Source: Girardia tigrina (lineage: Eukaryota). From it: a stretch of DNA of 64,000 nucleotides. The notes below the pieces were generated by a model. It searched no databases, was not told the DNA's origin, and saw only the letters and a program-made list of their open reading frames with translations. Location of the stretch: assembly GCA_001938485.1 (NCBI GenBank), contig MQRK01238465.1, forward strand, positions 1 through 64,000, given 5' to 3'. Numbering within the stretch: the stretch's first letter is position 1; every line of letters starts with the position of its first letter. The position numbers and the translations under genes are program-made. Of this stretch, positions 1 through 13,111 are shown piece after piece.

Positions 1-199
1 AGATAAGTTTAATAGCTAAATGAGTGTTAAAATAGTTGGTAAAATAGTATGAATTGAAACTGGGTTGTGACTGACCCTTAATAGTCACTGGGGGCTCAGA
101 GTCTTCAAAAATGTTTTGATCAAAAGGGTCGTGACAAATTAAAGTCGATAGACTATAAGCATGTATTTGGGTAATAAAACAAAATTACGCTTTAATTTC

Positions 200-1148
200 T
201 CTGTAATCGCAATCGGTCTCCGGAGGAATTTCCTGAGTCTGTCGGAATTGTCTTCGAAATTCTACACGGAGTGTTCGTCTAAAATTGTTTAATCTCTTAT
301 GCTCGCTGTTTACGCCGGTGTTTATTTGTTGTTGTTTATTGTTGTTTTTTGTCGTGGTCGTGTTATCTTGTCGTTTAATTTTCCTTTTTCTTTTGCTATG
401 TTGTCTTGTGCACTTTTGTATTTTTAACTGTTTCTTTTATACTTGCAGGACGGCACACCGGTTCCAGGTCCCACCAATGGTCGAGATGGCCTGATATTTT
501 CCGGATCCCCGATTGGATGAAATAAATGTAGGTCGTTTGAATTTTCGAAAAAATTTTATATTTTCGTTTTTACTATAGGTTTTGATGTCCGTGTGCCGGC
601 TGCATCCCAACTCAGCATCAGTGTCGGTGTGCGGTCACCTGAGGCCGCTATTCTAATTTTAGAATCCAGCTGACTCAATGGGTAATTTTTAATTAATCTT
701 TGTACTTTGATTAATATTTTGTGTTCTTTTACAGGGGGTATATCTCTCCTCCTGGTCTCGCTACAAACTCATGGATGGGCTCTAGTTGTGGATCTCGCCA
801 GGACCTTCCTCTGAAGGGTCGGCTGGCCCCGAAGGTCCAACGGATTGCCCTACAGGTGATTTATTTGTTTTTTGTCACAATTCTAATTAATTTTTTCCTT
901 GTTAGGGTTGCCAATTCTTCTCCGGGTGCTAGGAAGAGGCACCGAAAGGATCCCGGCGACACGACTCACCAGGACGCTCCGACCGCTCCTCTATTCTTTC
1001 CTCTTGTGTATGCACCACGCCAACTTTTACTATTTTGGACCGTATATATTTGGTATTCAATATATGTATTTCCTCGTCGGGCGTCTTTTTGTTTATTTAT
1101 ATTCGTATATAAGTATTTGTCTGATAAAGCGGGTATCGACCGTAACAA
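200..1148 (+). repeat. Putative LTR/leader-like segment with intron-like spacers, upstream of gypsy element 1
   Basis: Starts TGTAATC (202) and ends GTAACA (1148). GC-richer blocks are separated by ~50-nt GT..AG spacers. No TSD or second copy seen. Confidence 0.3.
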
Positions 1149-1199
1149 TAGGGATATCAAGAATAACCATTTGATGAATTAAAACTGCAAATCCTTTCA

Positions 1200-4100
1200 A
1201 CCATCGCCCGACGAAGTTTTCAACACCTATTTTCAGTCGCAATCTCTCGGAAATCAGAAACCATCAATATTCCTGGAAAAGCTCATCTCAAATATAGAAA
1301 TCATTCACTCATATAGAAATCACAAAAGGCAGCCACAATGAGATGCTGAAATGTTTTTTTCTCCGTGCTCTCCCAACACTGGTTCAAGCTGTTCTGGCTG
1401 TCACAGCAATCACTGATCTCCATGCGGCTGCCAAAATAACTGACAACGTCATGGCCACACAAAATTTCATTTCACCCACCTGCTTCACGGTTACCTCAAC
1501 GAAAATCCAACCACCAGTTGTCCCCAATCCCTCCGAATCTATCGATTCAATTGCAAATACGAGAGAATTACACGCAACTATCAGCTCTCCACCATGGTAG
1601 ACACAAGAACAATCAGCACCGACAGTCGTTCACCTACCGAAATCGATCTTCTAACACCAATCTTTGTTGGTATCATATGAAGTTCGGCAACGAAGCCCAG
1701 AAATGTCACCCAGGTTGCATGTGTAAGGAAACAAAACAAGCTCGAAACGGACAACACATGTATTTACCACTCCCGTTTCGGTCAACAGGCAAAGCAGTGC
1801 GCGCTAGGTTGCTCATTTACTGCGTCAAAAAACTAAGTTCGCCTTCAGTCTTTGCAGCCGACTGAGAAGGCGTAAACAATTGCTGCAGATCTTCACGTGT
1901 GACGCCACCACCAACGATCATTCTACCCATAAAGTGTTGTTTTTGGACGACACCAGCTCATTCAAATCCGTTTTACCCAGAATGTTCCAACCACAAAACA
2001 GTCCTTCCGACCGCCGTCCCACAACTACCAAAGGATCAGTTGTCCACACGTATGGCACAACGCATCTATCGTTCCAGCTTGTCACCTTAGAATCGCAATT
2101 CACCTGGACTTTCACCATGGCTGATGTGACACAACCGATACTTGGAAAAAACTTTTTCAGTCACTTTAATTTGCTGGTAGACTGTAAGAAAAAAAGACTC
2201 ATCCTATGTTACACTCTGGAAACTCCACCTGCCACACCGATTTCACCTCAAGTTTGCTCTCTTGTTTCGAATACGACTCAATTCATTGAACAAAACTTTC
2301 CCACATTTAAACTTATTGATAGGGCCCACAGCTGCATTTCCAATCACGTCATAGTCACAGCACCATGCGCTCCAGTGCTCCAGCGATGTTGAGAGTTGTT
2401 GCAAGAGAGTAGATTCTTGCCAGAAAAAGAATTTAGAGAGCTTGAGGAGTCCGGAATCATACATTGTTCAAACTCCCCATGGGCCGCCCCATTACAGATC
2501 GTGACTAAGAAAGATGGTTCCCTACGCATCTGCGGTGATTATAGGGGTTTAAACATAGTTACTATCCCCGACTCGTATCCGATGTCTCTCATCACCGATA
2601 TCCTTCAACGTTTCGCAAATTGTAAAGTCATTTCCTCCCTGGACTTGGCCAATGCGTATCACCAAATACCAGTTGAAGAAACCTCGATTGCCAAGACAGC
2701 CATCATAACGCCATTTGGTCTATTCAAATACCTTCGAATGCTATTTGGTCTCCGAAACACCTCATAAACGTCCCAGCGGCACATCAATATCGTTCTCAAT
2801 GGCTTGTCAAAAACTGCAGCCTACATCGACGATATTGTCGTGGCATCCCCTATACATCACGACTCAACAACAAAATCTCTGAGAGACCCTTTCGAAGCTC
2901 AATTCAAACCATTTGAAATTGAAACTTTCAAAATACTCATTTTTTCAAACCAGTTTTGAATTCCTGGGACACATCTTATCACAAGATGGCATCCATCCAC
3001 TGCCATTACGCATCAAAGCTATCACGGAGTTTCCCCGACCAGAAACGGTTACTGCCTTGCGCAGTTTCCTAGGGATGGTCAACAATTGCTGCAGGTTTGT
3101 TTCTCACATCTCAGAGACGTTAACTCCGCTCACGCACACGTCTTTTGGTTCGAAGAAACAACGCCTATTCCGGTCAGATAATGCGATAACCACCTTTCAA
3201 CAAATCAAACAAGATATTGCACATACAACATTTCTGCACTATCCAGATGGGTCATTACCGATCACATTAACAACAGATGCATCCAACATCGCTATAGGAG
3301 CTGTTCTGACGCAAGTGCACGACAATAAACCCAAACCTTTGGAGTTTTTCTCACACAAACTCTCGTTCGCACAGACCCGGTATTCCACATTCGACAGAGA
3401 ACTTCTGGGTTTATTTCTGTCGGTAAAACATTTCGAGCATCTGTTGATCGGGCTACAATCCATGATCTATACGGACCACAAACCACTTCTTCAAATATTT
3501 CAGATGAAGAATCCATCACCTCGCCAACAGCGACAAATCAGCTACCTGCCCCAGTTCGACAACGAGATCAAATTCATCTCCGGAGCTGACAATGTCGTCG
3601 CAGACTGTTTTTCCCGCATTGAGCTGCCATCCCTGGACTTCGAACCCTTGTTCACTCAGGAAGTTTTGGAGCAGAATCCACCATCGGATAAAGATGTGAA
3701 AATGTTCAAGCAAAAACCAACTGCACGTGACCTCATTTATTTCGACACATCTATCGCAGGTTGTCTATGGCTCGTTCTAGGCCAGGCCCTCCGTGCAGAC
3801 ACATTCAAGGCCGTTCACTCAATGGCATACGCGGGAGCCAAGGCCACGTATGAATTACTGCGCACCAATGTGATGTGGCCCTTCATGCGACGCGACGTCA
3901 AATTATGATGCCAAGCATGTTTCCAATGTCAGCCTAATAAAATGACCCGTCACACTAAACCTCCAATCATCAATTTTCCAACTGATAGTCCTTTCGATAC
4001 CATTCACATGGATATTGTCGGTCCCCTCCCACCATATAATGGATATTCGTATCTTCTTACAATTATTGATCGCGACACGCGCTGGCCGGAGGTATTTCCC

Positions 4101-4860
4101 TTGAGAAACATTAACACTGAGACAATCGTCGACTTATTTGTCAACAAATGGATAGCCAGATTTGGTGTACCCAAACGCATCATCACGGATCAAGGCCGTC
4201 AATTCGAATCTGGTGTCTTCACAAACGTCCTGAAACAATTGGGTACTCAGCGACTTCGGACTACGGCGTTTCACCCTCAGTTAAATGACCTTGTTGAAAG
4301 ATTTCATCGGCCGTTGATGAATTTGCTTTGTACGATGTCTATCAACAAAGATTGGTGCAAACAATTGCCGTTCATTGTGTTAGGTTGGCGAAAGATTCCC
4401 AGCAGTTGCCACGGGACATCACCTGCCTATTTACTTTTCGGATCTAACACATCCCTAGTCAACGAACTCTTCTTCAACGATTGCTCCAGTGACGACCTAC
4501 ATTTAAAACTGACCCGGCAACATTTTAGCACTCTTGATACCGAACCAATCGATAAAGGCACTTTCCAGGTACATGTACTGAGGGATTTCATGACAGCAAA
4601 ATTTGTTTGACTTATACGTGAGCAACCCTCCTCTCTTCAACCTAGATACTCAGGTCCTCATCACATGCTACAACTAAACAGCACCAACAACACGGACACA
4701 ATAGAATTCATCGGCACTTCTCGCACAGTTAATTTATTCAAATTAAAACCCTGTATATGCCTCTAAGACAACGACACATTCCCTCTCCTTAACATGCCAG
4801 TAACTCAGCAGTCCACAACGTGTACTCCGCACTATCAAGGGGGGGAGGGCTGATGTAGTG
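1200..4860 (+). mobile_element. Decayed Ty3/gypsy LTR retrotransposon (CsRn1-like): gag-PR-RT-RNaseH-IN
   Basis: gag CWYHx9Cx3C (1665-1718); protease remnant (QPILGKNF); RT motifs SPWAAPL, LRICGDYR, LDLANAYHQI, AYIDD; RNase H TTDAS, YSTFDRELL, TDHKPL; integrase HMDIVGP, ITDQGRQF, TTAFHPQ. PPT AAGGGGGGGAGGG (4837-4849) is followed by TGTAGTG (4854). Stops and frameshifts present. Confidence 0.93.
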
Positions 4861-5146
4861 AACACAATTTTCAAATTAAAATTGTGTAAACTAAAATAAT
4901 TAATAAAACGTTAATTTTTGTAAATTTACTCATTTTTAAATTTTAATTTTTTTACAGTTAATCTTATTTTATTTTTTGGTTATCGTCAAAATTTTTAAAT
5001 TGAAATTAATCAAGCACAAAAATTGAATATTTAATTTTCAATCAATTTTGTAAAAAATAATCTTGTTTGAATAATCGTTTTTGATACAAAATAAATTTTG
5101 GCTCATGTTTCTTATTACAATATGTTTATCGGCAAACTGTACTATC

Positions 5147-6597
5147 AGTCCCTGCTACGATACAGCGAATCCCAAAACAGTGATTCATCAAAACAGCGAA
5201 TTCCACAAAACAGCGAAGGAAATTTTTCATTTTAAAATGAGATTTTTGTCATTTAAATTGGAGAATTTTTACATTAATAAGATAATTTTTATTTTGAAAT
5301 GAAAAAATAAAAGCATTCCCATCCACCAGCACCAGAAATCTGTATCATATAGTCTACTATTTGTAAGATAAAGCAATGGGCAAAAACAGCAACGCGCAGT
5401 ATTCCGATTATACATTCAGATGCAGCAGCTGAAATTTCTGGTAATGCTTTAGCTTCGGCTATATTTCCAGCTTTCAAATCTATAAACAACGTGTTGTATG
5501 GAGCACGTCACGAGAAATTACCGGTTTTGTCTCAAAGTTTAAATTACATCAACATACCTAATCAATTGACACAAACTATTTCAGCTCAATTATTCCTATT
5601 GTTTATTAGTGAGGATAAATCAATTATATTACTTGGAACAATAAGTAATTTACAAATGTTATCTAGTAATAACCATTGGTTCATGGACAGTACATTTCTG
5701 GGAGCACCTCCATTTTATAAACAAATCTTTACAATCCATGCACTTTTCCAAAGTAAAATACTTCCATTAATTTATTGTATTCTGATAGATAAAAAAGCTG
5801 AAACATACACAACAGTTTTTCGTAAAATTCGAAATTTATGTCTAGAGCATAATTTGATTCTTACACCAAATTTAATCACATTGGATTTCGAGAACGGTTT
5901 AATAGTTGTGTTACAACAGGAGTTTCCGCAAAGTCATCTACGCGGATATTATTTTCATGTCTGCCAAGCGGTGTTTAGGTAAGTTCAGAGATTAGGTTTT
6001 AGTGCCGATTATGGTAATAATCAGGAACTTAGAACGAAAATAGGTATGCTTATCGCTTTGGCGTTTGTTCCTGGACAAATTGTTCAACAAACTTTCGACA
6101 ATCTGAGGAGCGAGGCATCGGTACTTATTAGACCTTTATCCCAGTACTTCCACCAGCAATCGTTTCAAAATAATAAAAAGAGTGGATTTTTTATGGCATC
6201 AGACGGCGCACTAACAATGATGTTGAAGGGTGACACAATCGTTTCAATAATTTAGTTGTTAAGCATCACCCGAATATTTATGATTTAATATCATGCATAA
6301 TAAAGGAACAAGGATTTACAGAAACATTGATGACACAAATTAATGCTGGGAAAGTTATTAAAAAAACAAATACAAATTATAATTTCATAAGTCGACTTAT
6401 TTCTAACTTGCAAATACGTTTTGATAATGGTGAAATCGGTGTCATGTAGTTTATTCGTGGAATTTCTTTCAGTTTAAGCACACCAATTGCATTTTGACAG
6501 TGCATTTAAAGTTGGAATTTCCTTAAAATAAAATTTTATATCTAATTGACTTTTTTTTCTATCTGGAAAGTAATTCGCTGCTTTGGGGATATGTCAT
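5147..6597 (+). mobile_element. Decayed Mutator-like (MULE) DNA transposon
   Basis: Transposase motifs WFMDSTF, YKQIFTIH, LPLIYCIL, TLDFE, GYYFHVCQAVFR, RTNNDVEG*HNRFN. AAAACAGCGAA repeats at the left end and inverted TTCGCTGCTTTGGGGA at ~6574-6589. Confidence 0.85.
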
Positions 6598-6729
6598 TAA
6601 AAGTAGTGAAATGTTGAGTTTTATGTAATTAAAATTGTCAAATAATGTAAAAATATATATAATAATAAAGTTATGAAAAATTTTATTAAACAATCTAAAA
6701 TCAAAATCATTTATCTTTTATAGATCTTT

Positions 6730-8814
6730 TTAGTTTAGTTTTCTTTCGCGACTACGAAAAATCAAAATTATTAATCCAGCAATTCGAAAAGCAATTAGTA
6801 ATCCGATTAGCATAAATAAATCAAACAATACATTTGAAATGGCAAAGTGATAGAAGTTTATGACGTCGGCCCCCGTTCTATAACACGAATCCTCAAAGTC
6901 TGATTTACAATCAATCTTGTCAACATGTTGCCACTGATTAACTAACAGAATTTCAAAACCGTATCGGTGCCAAGAAAAGTATTTCAACCAGTTAAAGTAT
7001 GCCGGAAGGGAGGCATCATTCATGAGGTACCCTCCCACATACATCATAACGATTCTTATTAATGGAGCAATATTGAGAACAATATCCAATCTTTTAAAAA
7101 TGATACCGATAAACGTTACATTCAGACTATAAGAATACTGATATATTATTAACACCACAAATAGCATCATAAAAAATTCTGCCGCTCCATTGTACAGCCC
7201 AGTGCTCCAATAAATAAGAATAACTGATGTGAAACAAGCAGAAAGAAATAATGGTATATCGGAAATGTTTTGAGAAATAAAAAACGATCCTGCTCGACAC
7301 ATTCCATTTTGGTGTTCCCGAAAGAAGAACTTAAGACCGGTGACAAAAGAATTTAACTGAACAACAGCAAGGAACGTAGTGTTTGTGATTAGATTAAACA
7401 GAAGAGCATTGACATTATTTACTCCCACTTGATCATAATGTTGTTGGAAATATAAAACGATTAAAATCGTAACAATTAAAAAGTTTTGAAAAAATCGAGC
7501 AGCAAAAAGTTTCGGATCGCGGACTTGGTCTAGTAACTGCTTCCAGGTTTGGATTTTAATTTCCTGCCAATATGAGGCTTTAAATGGAGATATATTTTTC
7601 AATAAATTCGGTATATCTTGAGACTCCTTGGTCTCGAAATCATTTTTAATATTTAATATTTCTTTTTTCAAAAAACCATATTCTGAAGTGTCTTTGAATT
7701 TCCGAGCCATGTAAATCACTTTCGCTCGACAATCGGCCTCACGGTCAGGTTTTATAGCCATAGTATGAATAAAATGATCTGCTGGATTATAATTTTCTGT
7801 GCAAGGAAATCCGACATCACTAAAGAAATCAAGAGCTTGATCTCTACTACCTTGAAATATTAACCGACCCTCGGCTAGTAAGTATACTTCATTAAATAAC
7901 TCGAAAATATGTGAAGACGGTTGATGAATTGTACATAATATACATTTACCTTTACGAGCAAGACTTTGAAGAATAGTTATAACTTTATTGGCCATTTTGG
8001 AATCCAGACCAGTAGTTGGTTCATCAAGAAATAAAATTGGTGGATCAACAAGAAATTCACAGGCTATTGATAACAATTTCTTCTCACTTCCAGCTAATCC
8101 TTGAACTTTATGTGATGATGGATTAATAAAATCATTTGCCACCAAGCCCAAGCCCATTTCAGATATCAAATAATCTACTCTATTTATTTGTTGTTCTTTT
8201 GAAATTTTTTTACCCATTCTTAAAACAGCATTGTAAATTAGATGTTCCCTTACTTTCAACCGACCCCAAAACACATCTAATTGTTGCACATATGCGGATA
8301 TACTTTTAATATTTGAATGCATTACGTACCCATTCACCCTAACTTCTCCATCTACTCTTAAATTGCCTAAGTTTCTGCAAGTAATAATGTTTAATAAAGT
8401 TGATTTTCCAGCACCACTTGCTCCCATTATTGCAGTTAATTTACCACTTCGTACTACTCCGTTCACATCAAACAGAAGTTGCTTGAATAATCCAGTTTCT
8501 TTAACGGTTCCTAATAATCCTTTTCCGAGTTCAGGTGCATAGCAATTTATGTCCGACCAACTTACAGTAACATTCGTTAAATCAGAAAAATTACTTTTGT
8601 ATTTCAAGTTAGTCATTTCATTAGTGAACGAATATCTGTCTGATTCGCTATCAATATAAGTTTCCGGATTATATTTCCTATCACCTTCCTTTTGATATGT
8701 TCCATAATCTGTACTGTATTGAATGGATGATGACGAAAAATCACTAACATCCTTTAGGTCGTGAATGTCACTGTCAAGAAGTGGAATAGATTCCGGTTTG
8801 ATGTTGGTCTTCAT
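6730..8814 (-). CDS. ABCG (white/scarlet-like) half transporter, intronless, 694 aa
   Basis: Walker A GASGAGKST, AYVQQ Q-loop, degenerate signature LAGSE, Walker B ILFLDEPTTGLD, CTIHQPS H-loop, C-terminal multi-TM domain with WLKYFSW and extracellular Cys pair. Confidence 0.95.
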   Translation of the reverse strand: MKTNIKPESIPLLDSDIHDLKDVSDFSSSSIQYSTDYGTYQKEGDRKYNPETYIDSESDRYSFTNEMTNLKYKSNFSDLTNVTVSWSDINCYAPELGKGLLGTVKETGLFKQLLFDVNGVVRSGKLTAIMGASGAGKSTLLNIITCRNLGNLRVDGEVRVNGYVMHSNIKSISAYVQQLDVFWGRLKVREHLIYNAVLRMGKKISKEQQINRVDYLISEMGLGLVANDFINPSSHKVQGLAGSEKKLLSIACEFLVDPPILFLDEPTTGLDSKMANKVITILQSLARKGKCILCTIHQPSSHIFELFNEVYLLAEGRLIFQGSRDQALDFFSDVGFPCTENYNPADHFIHTMAIKPDREADCRAKVIYMARKFKDTSEYGFLKKEILNIKNDFETKESQDIPNLLKNISPFKASYWQEIKIQTWKQLLDQVRDPKLFAARFFQNFLIVTILIVLYFQQHYDQVGVNNVNALLFNLITNTTFLAVVQLNSFVTGLKFFFREHQNGMCRAGSFFISQNISDIPLFLSACFTSVILIYWSTGLYNGAAEFFMMLFVVLIIYQYSYSLNVTFIGIIFKRLDIVLNIAPLIRIVMMYVGGYLMNDASLPAYFNWLKYFSWHRYGFEILLVNQWQHVDKIDCKSDFEDSCYRTGADVINFYHFAISNVLFDLFMLIGLLIAFRIAGLIILIFRSRERKLN

Positions 8815-9179
8815 TGAAGAATTAGAGTTTTAAGTAATAACATCATGATTAAAAGTCACAAAGTTCAAGAATTTACTGAAGTTGTTTTCAGTTATAAACT
8901 TTACAAACGTTTAAAAAATGCATTGAGATGCCAATGAGAAAATTAATTTACACTTATTTAATATCATTAAAAATAATATGATACTGAATTATTCTTGTAT
9001 AAATCGTAAAACTATTTTTTAGAATATTTTGAAGAAAACATGTTTCGGGGTCTCCCAGAAATATATGTTATGATCTCAACAATAATTATTTTGCTCTCAA
9101 CAATAAATTTTACGTAAAATAACTTACTTTTTTTTGATTTTCCTTCAAAAGAACAAGTTTATTTCTAAAACATGGTAAA

Positions 9180-9580
9180 TTTTACTTTAATCAAAATATT
9201 TTCCATAGTTGACTATGATCTTCGACTATCTTTCTGGCAATTTATGAATTCCATCGATAAAAATTGTTTATCTTTTGATTAAGACCATTTTTCGAGCCAT
9301 TTTCTTTAATTTCTAAGTGGTTTCTAAAGTTCTTGTCTAGAAGAGTGTCTTGTATTGATCGGAACAAGTAGTAATTTGACTGGGTGAATAAGAAGCATAA
9401 TGAAAACTTTCAATTTAAGTTATTTCAACGTATTTGTTTCTCGTTTTGAGACATTTGACCGCTCGTTCCAGTGGAGGGAAATCCTTTTAGCTGCTTTTTT
9501 TTGGCTGGAATAGAATATCGTTTTTAGCATCTCACAGTACACCACTCCTTTATGATCCCACTAATGCAGAACTTAACCAT
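9180..9580 (-). mobile_element. Mariner transposase remnant (3' part)
   Basis: Minus strand gives CI..WDHKGVVYCEML and GIHKLPER*..YGKYFD. Confidence 0.65.
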
Positions 9581-12500
9581 GAATGTGTTGAGTATAAATT
9601 TATAAATAATTTTATAAATAATAAAAGTAGTTATTAAAAAATATTTTGTTTAAATTAATAAGATATAATAAAAAAATTATTTATCTATTTATCATATTAA
9701 GTATAAATTATATATAAATAATGGAAATAAAACTTATTAAAAAGATAAACAAACTAAATTAAATGAAAGAATATTTACGAAAGAAAGAAAAACATTATAT
9801 TTAAAAAGATAAATAAAGGTAATTATGCTCGGAAAGAAGAGTATAAAAGAAAGAAATTTTAAGAAAAAGGATGCCCTTAATTACCTAACGAAAGTTAAAG
9901 AAAATCTTAATTAAGATCTACGTTTGATTTAAAAGGTCGAGATAATTACATTATCGAGATCAAGTGAAAGTCTATCTGAAAGAATTTATTATAATTTGCA
10001 TAAAATTATTTCACGCAGAGATAATCAGAATTCCAAATCATCTAATCATCTATATAAACGACCGCGTATAGTAAAAAGGTCGACACTAAGACGTATGTAT
10101 CTAAAAGGATCAAAAGAGACTAAAAGCCAAGAGCAGAAACGATTATCAAAGTACGAGTCGTAGAAATTTTATATAATTACATTGACAGTAATATATTTTT
10201 ATATATTATTTTTATCAAACTGATTTGCGGGCAAAAGAATTATCTTTTTCTCGCTCTACCCAAAAGACAAATTCGTTAAATAGAATAGAATCTTTTAAAT
10301 ATTTCGAAATCAATTTCTGTAATCTTGTACATAAGAAATAAATATATTTAAAAAGAATATCCTTGTTTTATTTCGTTTTATAATTGCTCTTTAATCACCT
10401 TTATATATCCCAACAAATGCTTCGTTTTACGGTTGATGTGGATGGTTCACTAGAATAAACTTTTATGTTCAGTCAAAATTTGACGTAATAAGGGTTATCT
10501 TCGGTGTCTTGTAAGCAAAGAATTAGGTTACAGGACACTTACTATTTATACGTTTCAATAAAAATGTTAAATTGTAGGAAGAAATTTGATGGATCTGGCT
10601 TGAATCTGATCATGATTCTTGAAGAAAAATTTGCTTATTTTAAAACTATTTTAAAAAGAACGAGATATATTCAAAAGTAGTCAAGAAAGGAAGACGATTC
10701 CAATTAAAATTTTATCATCAAAAGAGAACGAAATAATCTGAACATTCGAGTAAAAATTGCCCTGTATATTCTAAATGAAGTGATCCGCATAAAAAAAACT
10801 CAGATGGGGATATACGGTTATAAGAAAAATTAACAGAATGAATTGTTATTTTTAAGTTTGCTCTTTTCTGTGACTTCTTCCCTTTAGTTATGAATACTTG
10901 TATTATTTAATTTAAAATGCAATAATTATTAATAAATCTTAATTAATTATTTATATTATCAAAATCATTATCAATACTGATTAAACAACCAATGGTGATC
11001 TATGCATAAAACTAAATAAATAATAAATTAATAATAAAATTCCTTTTTGTGTTTGTTGTAAAATTGTTGCATGTATATTAAATAAAATATTATCTTTCAA
11101 AAATCAGATTTGGTTTTGATTTTTCAATAGATTGTACTTTTTATTCAACAAATCTTAACCAAATGTCTTATGGTATTCTTCGCGCAGCTTTCCTTCAGTT
11201 CCTTATTTGTAATTCCTCCATATCGTTTCTTTTATTCTTCATTATGTCCCGTTATTTCTGATTCTCTTGATCGGTTGTTCGTATTATTTAATTGTTATTA
11301 ATTTCTGTATGAATCATCTTCGCCGTGTTGTTATTAGATTTGGAATTTTGTTTAATCATCTTTAATTAAATCCTGATCTCTTCTTAACGTTTATTTCTTA
11401 GTTTAAACTTAGTTATTATCCTTATGTTATATAAATTCAGATATTTTCATGGCTTTTCCTTGATTTCGAATATCTTTTAGTTCATTGTTTTATCATTTCA
11501 TTCTGCATTTTCATTGTCAATCATTTGGAATCTTCATTCTTTTTGGTTCTGTTATCATTGTCTAGTTATTTGATAAAGTAATTTTAGAATAATTACTGTT
11601 TCTATGTTCTAATGAGAACTGGACAGATCACATTGAAGAGACTTGTTTAGATCTCAGATTACAGCCAAATAGTGTAATCAACATTTCGTTATACAAAAAT
11701 CTTTCAATAAGAAATTTATTTTCTGTATCTTGGAAAAACAGATTCTATTCACTCTTAACCGAATGACCACAATTAATTTTATATGTTTTATAAAAAATCA
11801 GAACTCATAAAATTTAGAAGAAAGATTTTATGAACCTTACAACATAAATTCATAAGGTCCTCATTTTGTACGCTATTCTGACAATTTAGTAGTTAATTAC
11901 TTAAGAAACATTGAACTCCGATAATTTTGATTTCTGTTGGCGTACCTTTTCTTTTGAATAATAGCATCATCCTCTAAGGTACAACTTATTAGCTCCACTT
12001 TTAGGGCGGTTGCTTTTGTAAATAGGCATATTTACTTATATATAAGTGTTATCAGGTCTATTGATCAACATGTCATCACGTTTATCTTTGAATTCTTTCC
12101 AGTCAACAGAAACTGACAACGGATTCTCTGCTCTAAAACTAACAATATACTAATAATCACTTCGTAATGTAACGTCTAATTTAATTCAATACAATAAGTA
12201 CTCTTGTGTCTTTTTCTACGTGTAAAACGTTTAACTCTATAACGTTGAGTTTAAATCGAAGAGTACCCTCTCCCTTACACTTATTTTTCAAGCTGTGAGT
12301 CTCAGAAACTCCCCCTTACAAAATATGGAGATTTCCTCACAAAATGTGTAGTACTTGTGGGCATGGATCCAAAATATACCATTGCAAGATATTTCTTGTA
12401 ACTTTTATCCACTGCAAACGGATTTTGAACACAGTTGCCCTTATTTACGGTCATGGAAAACAAGGTACAAAATTGTTTTTCCAAGCCTGCAAAATATTTT

Positions 12501-13111
12501 TAGATATCAAACTTGGCAATGTTGCCGAAGGTAAAAGTATTAAAATTTGTAGTATCAAGTCTGAGAAGACTGAAAAAATCAATTAAGTTTGCAAAATACA
12601 ACATCTGTTAAGTAAACCTCAAATGGTCAAATTTGACACTATGATCTATGGTGTAAAAATATATTTCATTTATTTTGTTGCTAATGATATTTCTATTAAA
12701 TTCTTACAGTACAACTACTATCCCTCATGACATTAATTTCACTGTTTTTTTATTCAGATAATTATTTTTCACAGAAAATATTTCTCATTAACTCTTTGAC
12801 TATAAAATTAAATCCAAAACCCATAAAGGGTAAAATTGATAACTAGAAATTTTCAATGTTGAGTTTTCTAGACCGTGAAACTCGCGAAGAGTAGGATAAA
12901 AATAACTTTGTAATTTATGATTATAATAAATAATTTTATAGATCGAAAATTTTAATTTCTAACTTTTTAAATTTTTGTTTGCCAAAATTAGAGTTCAGAT
13001 GATGAAATGAGATAACTAGTTTAAATATTGATATTTATAGTAATTTTTATTTTTATTTATTATAATATGATTTTATGGGTATCTATAAACCCTTTACCTG
13101 CTGCTCATACC

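Noticed and set aside
89-97. TGGGGGCTC, tRNA-Pro PBS-like
   Set aside because: Only 9 nt match and no LTR end precedes it.
9035-9058. rc GGGAGACCCCGAAACATGTT
   Set aside because: Lacks the 5' core; at most a truncated relic.
12250-12660. Possible piggyBac-like MITE end
   Set aside because: No matching second TIR or TSD found.
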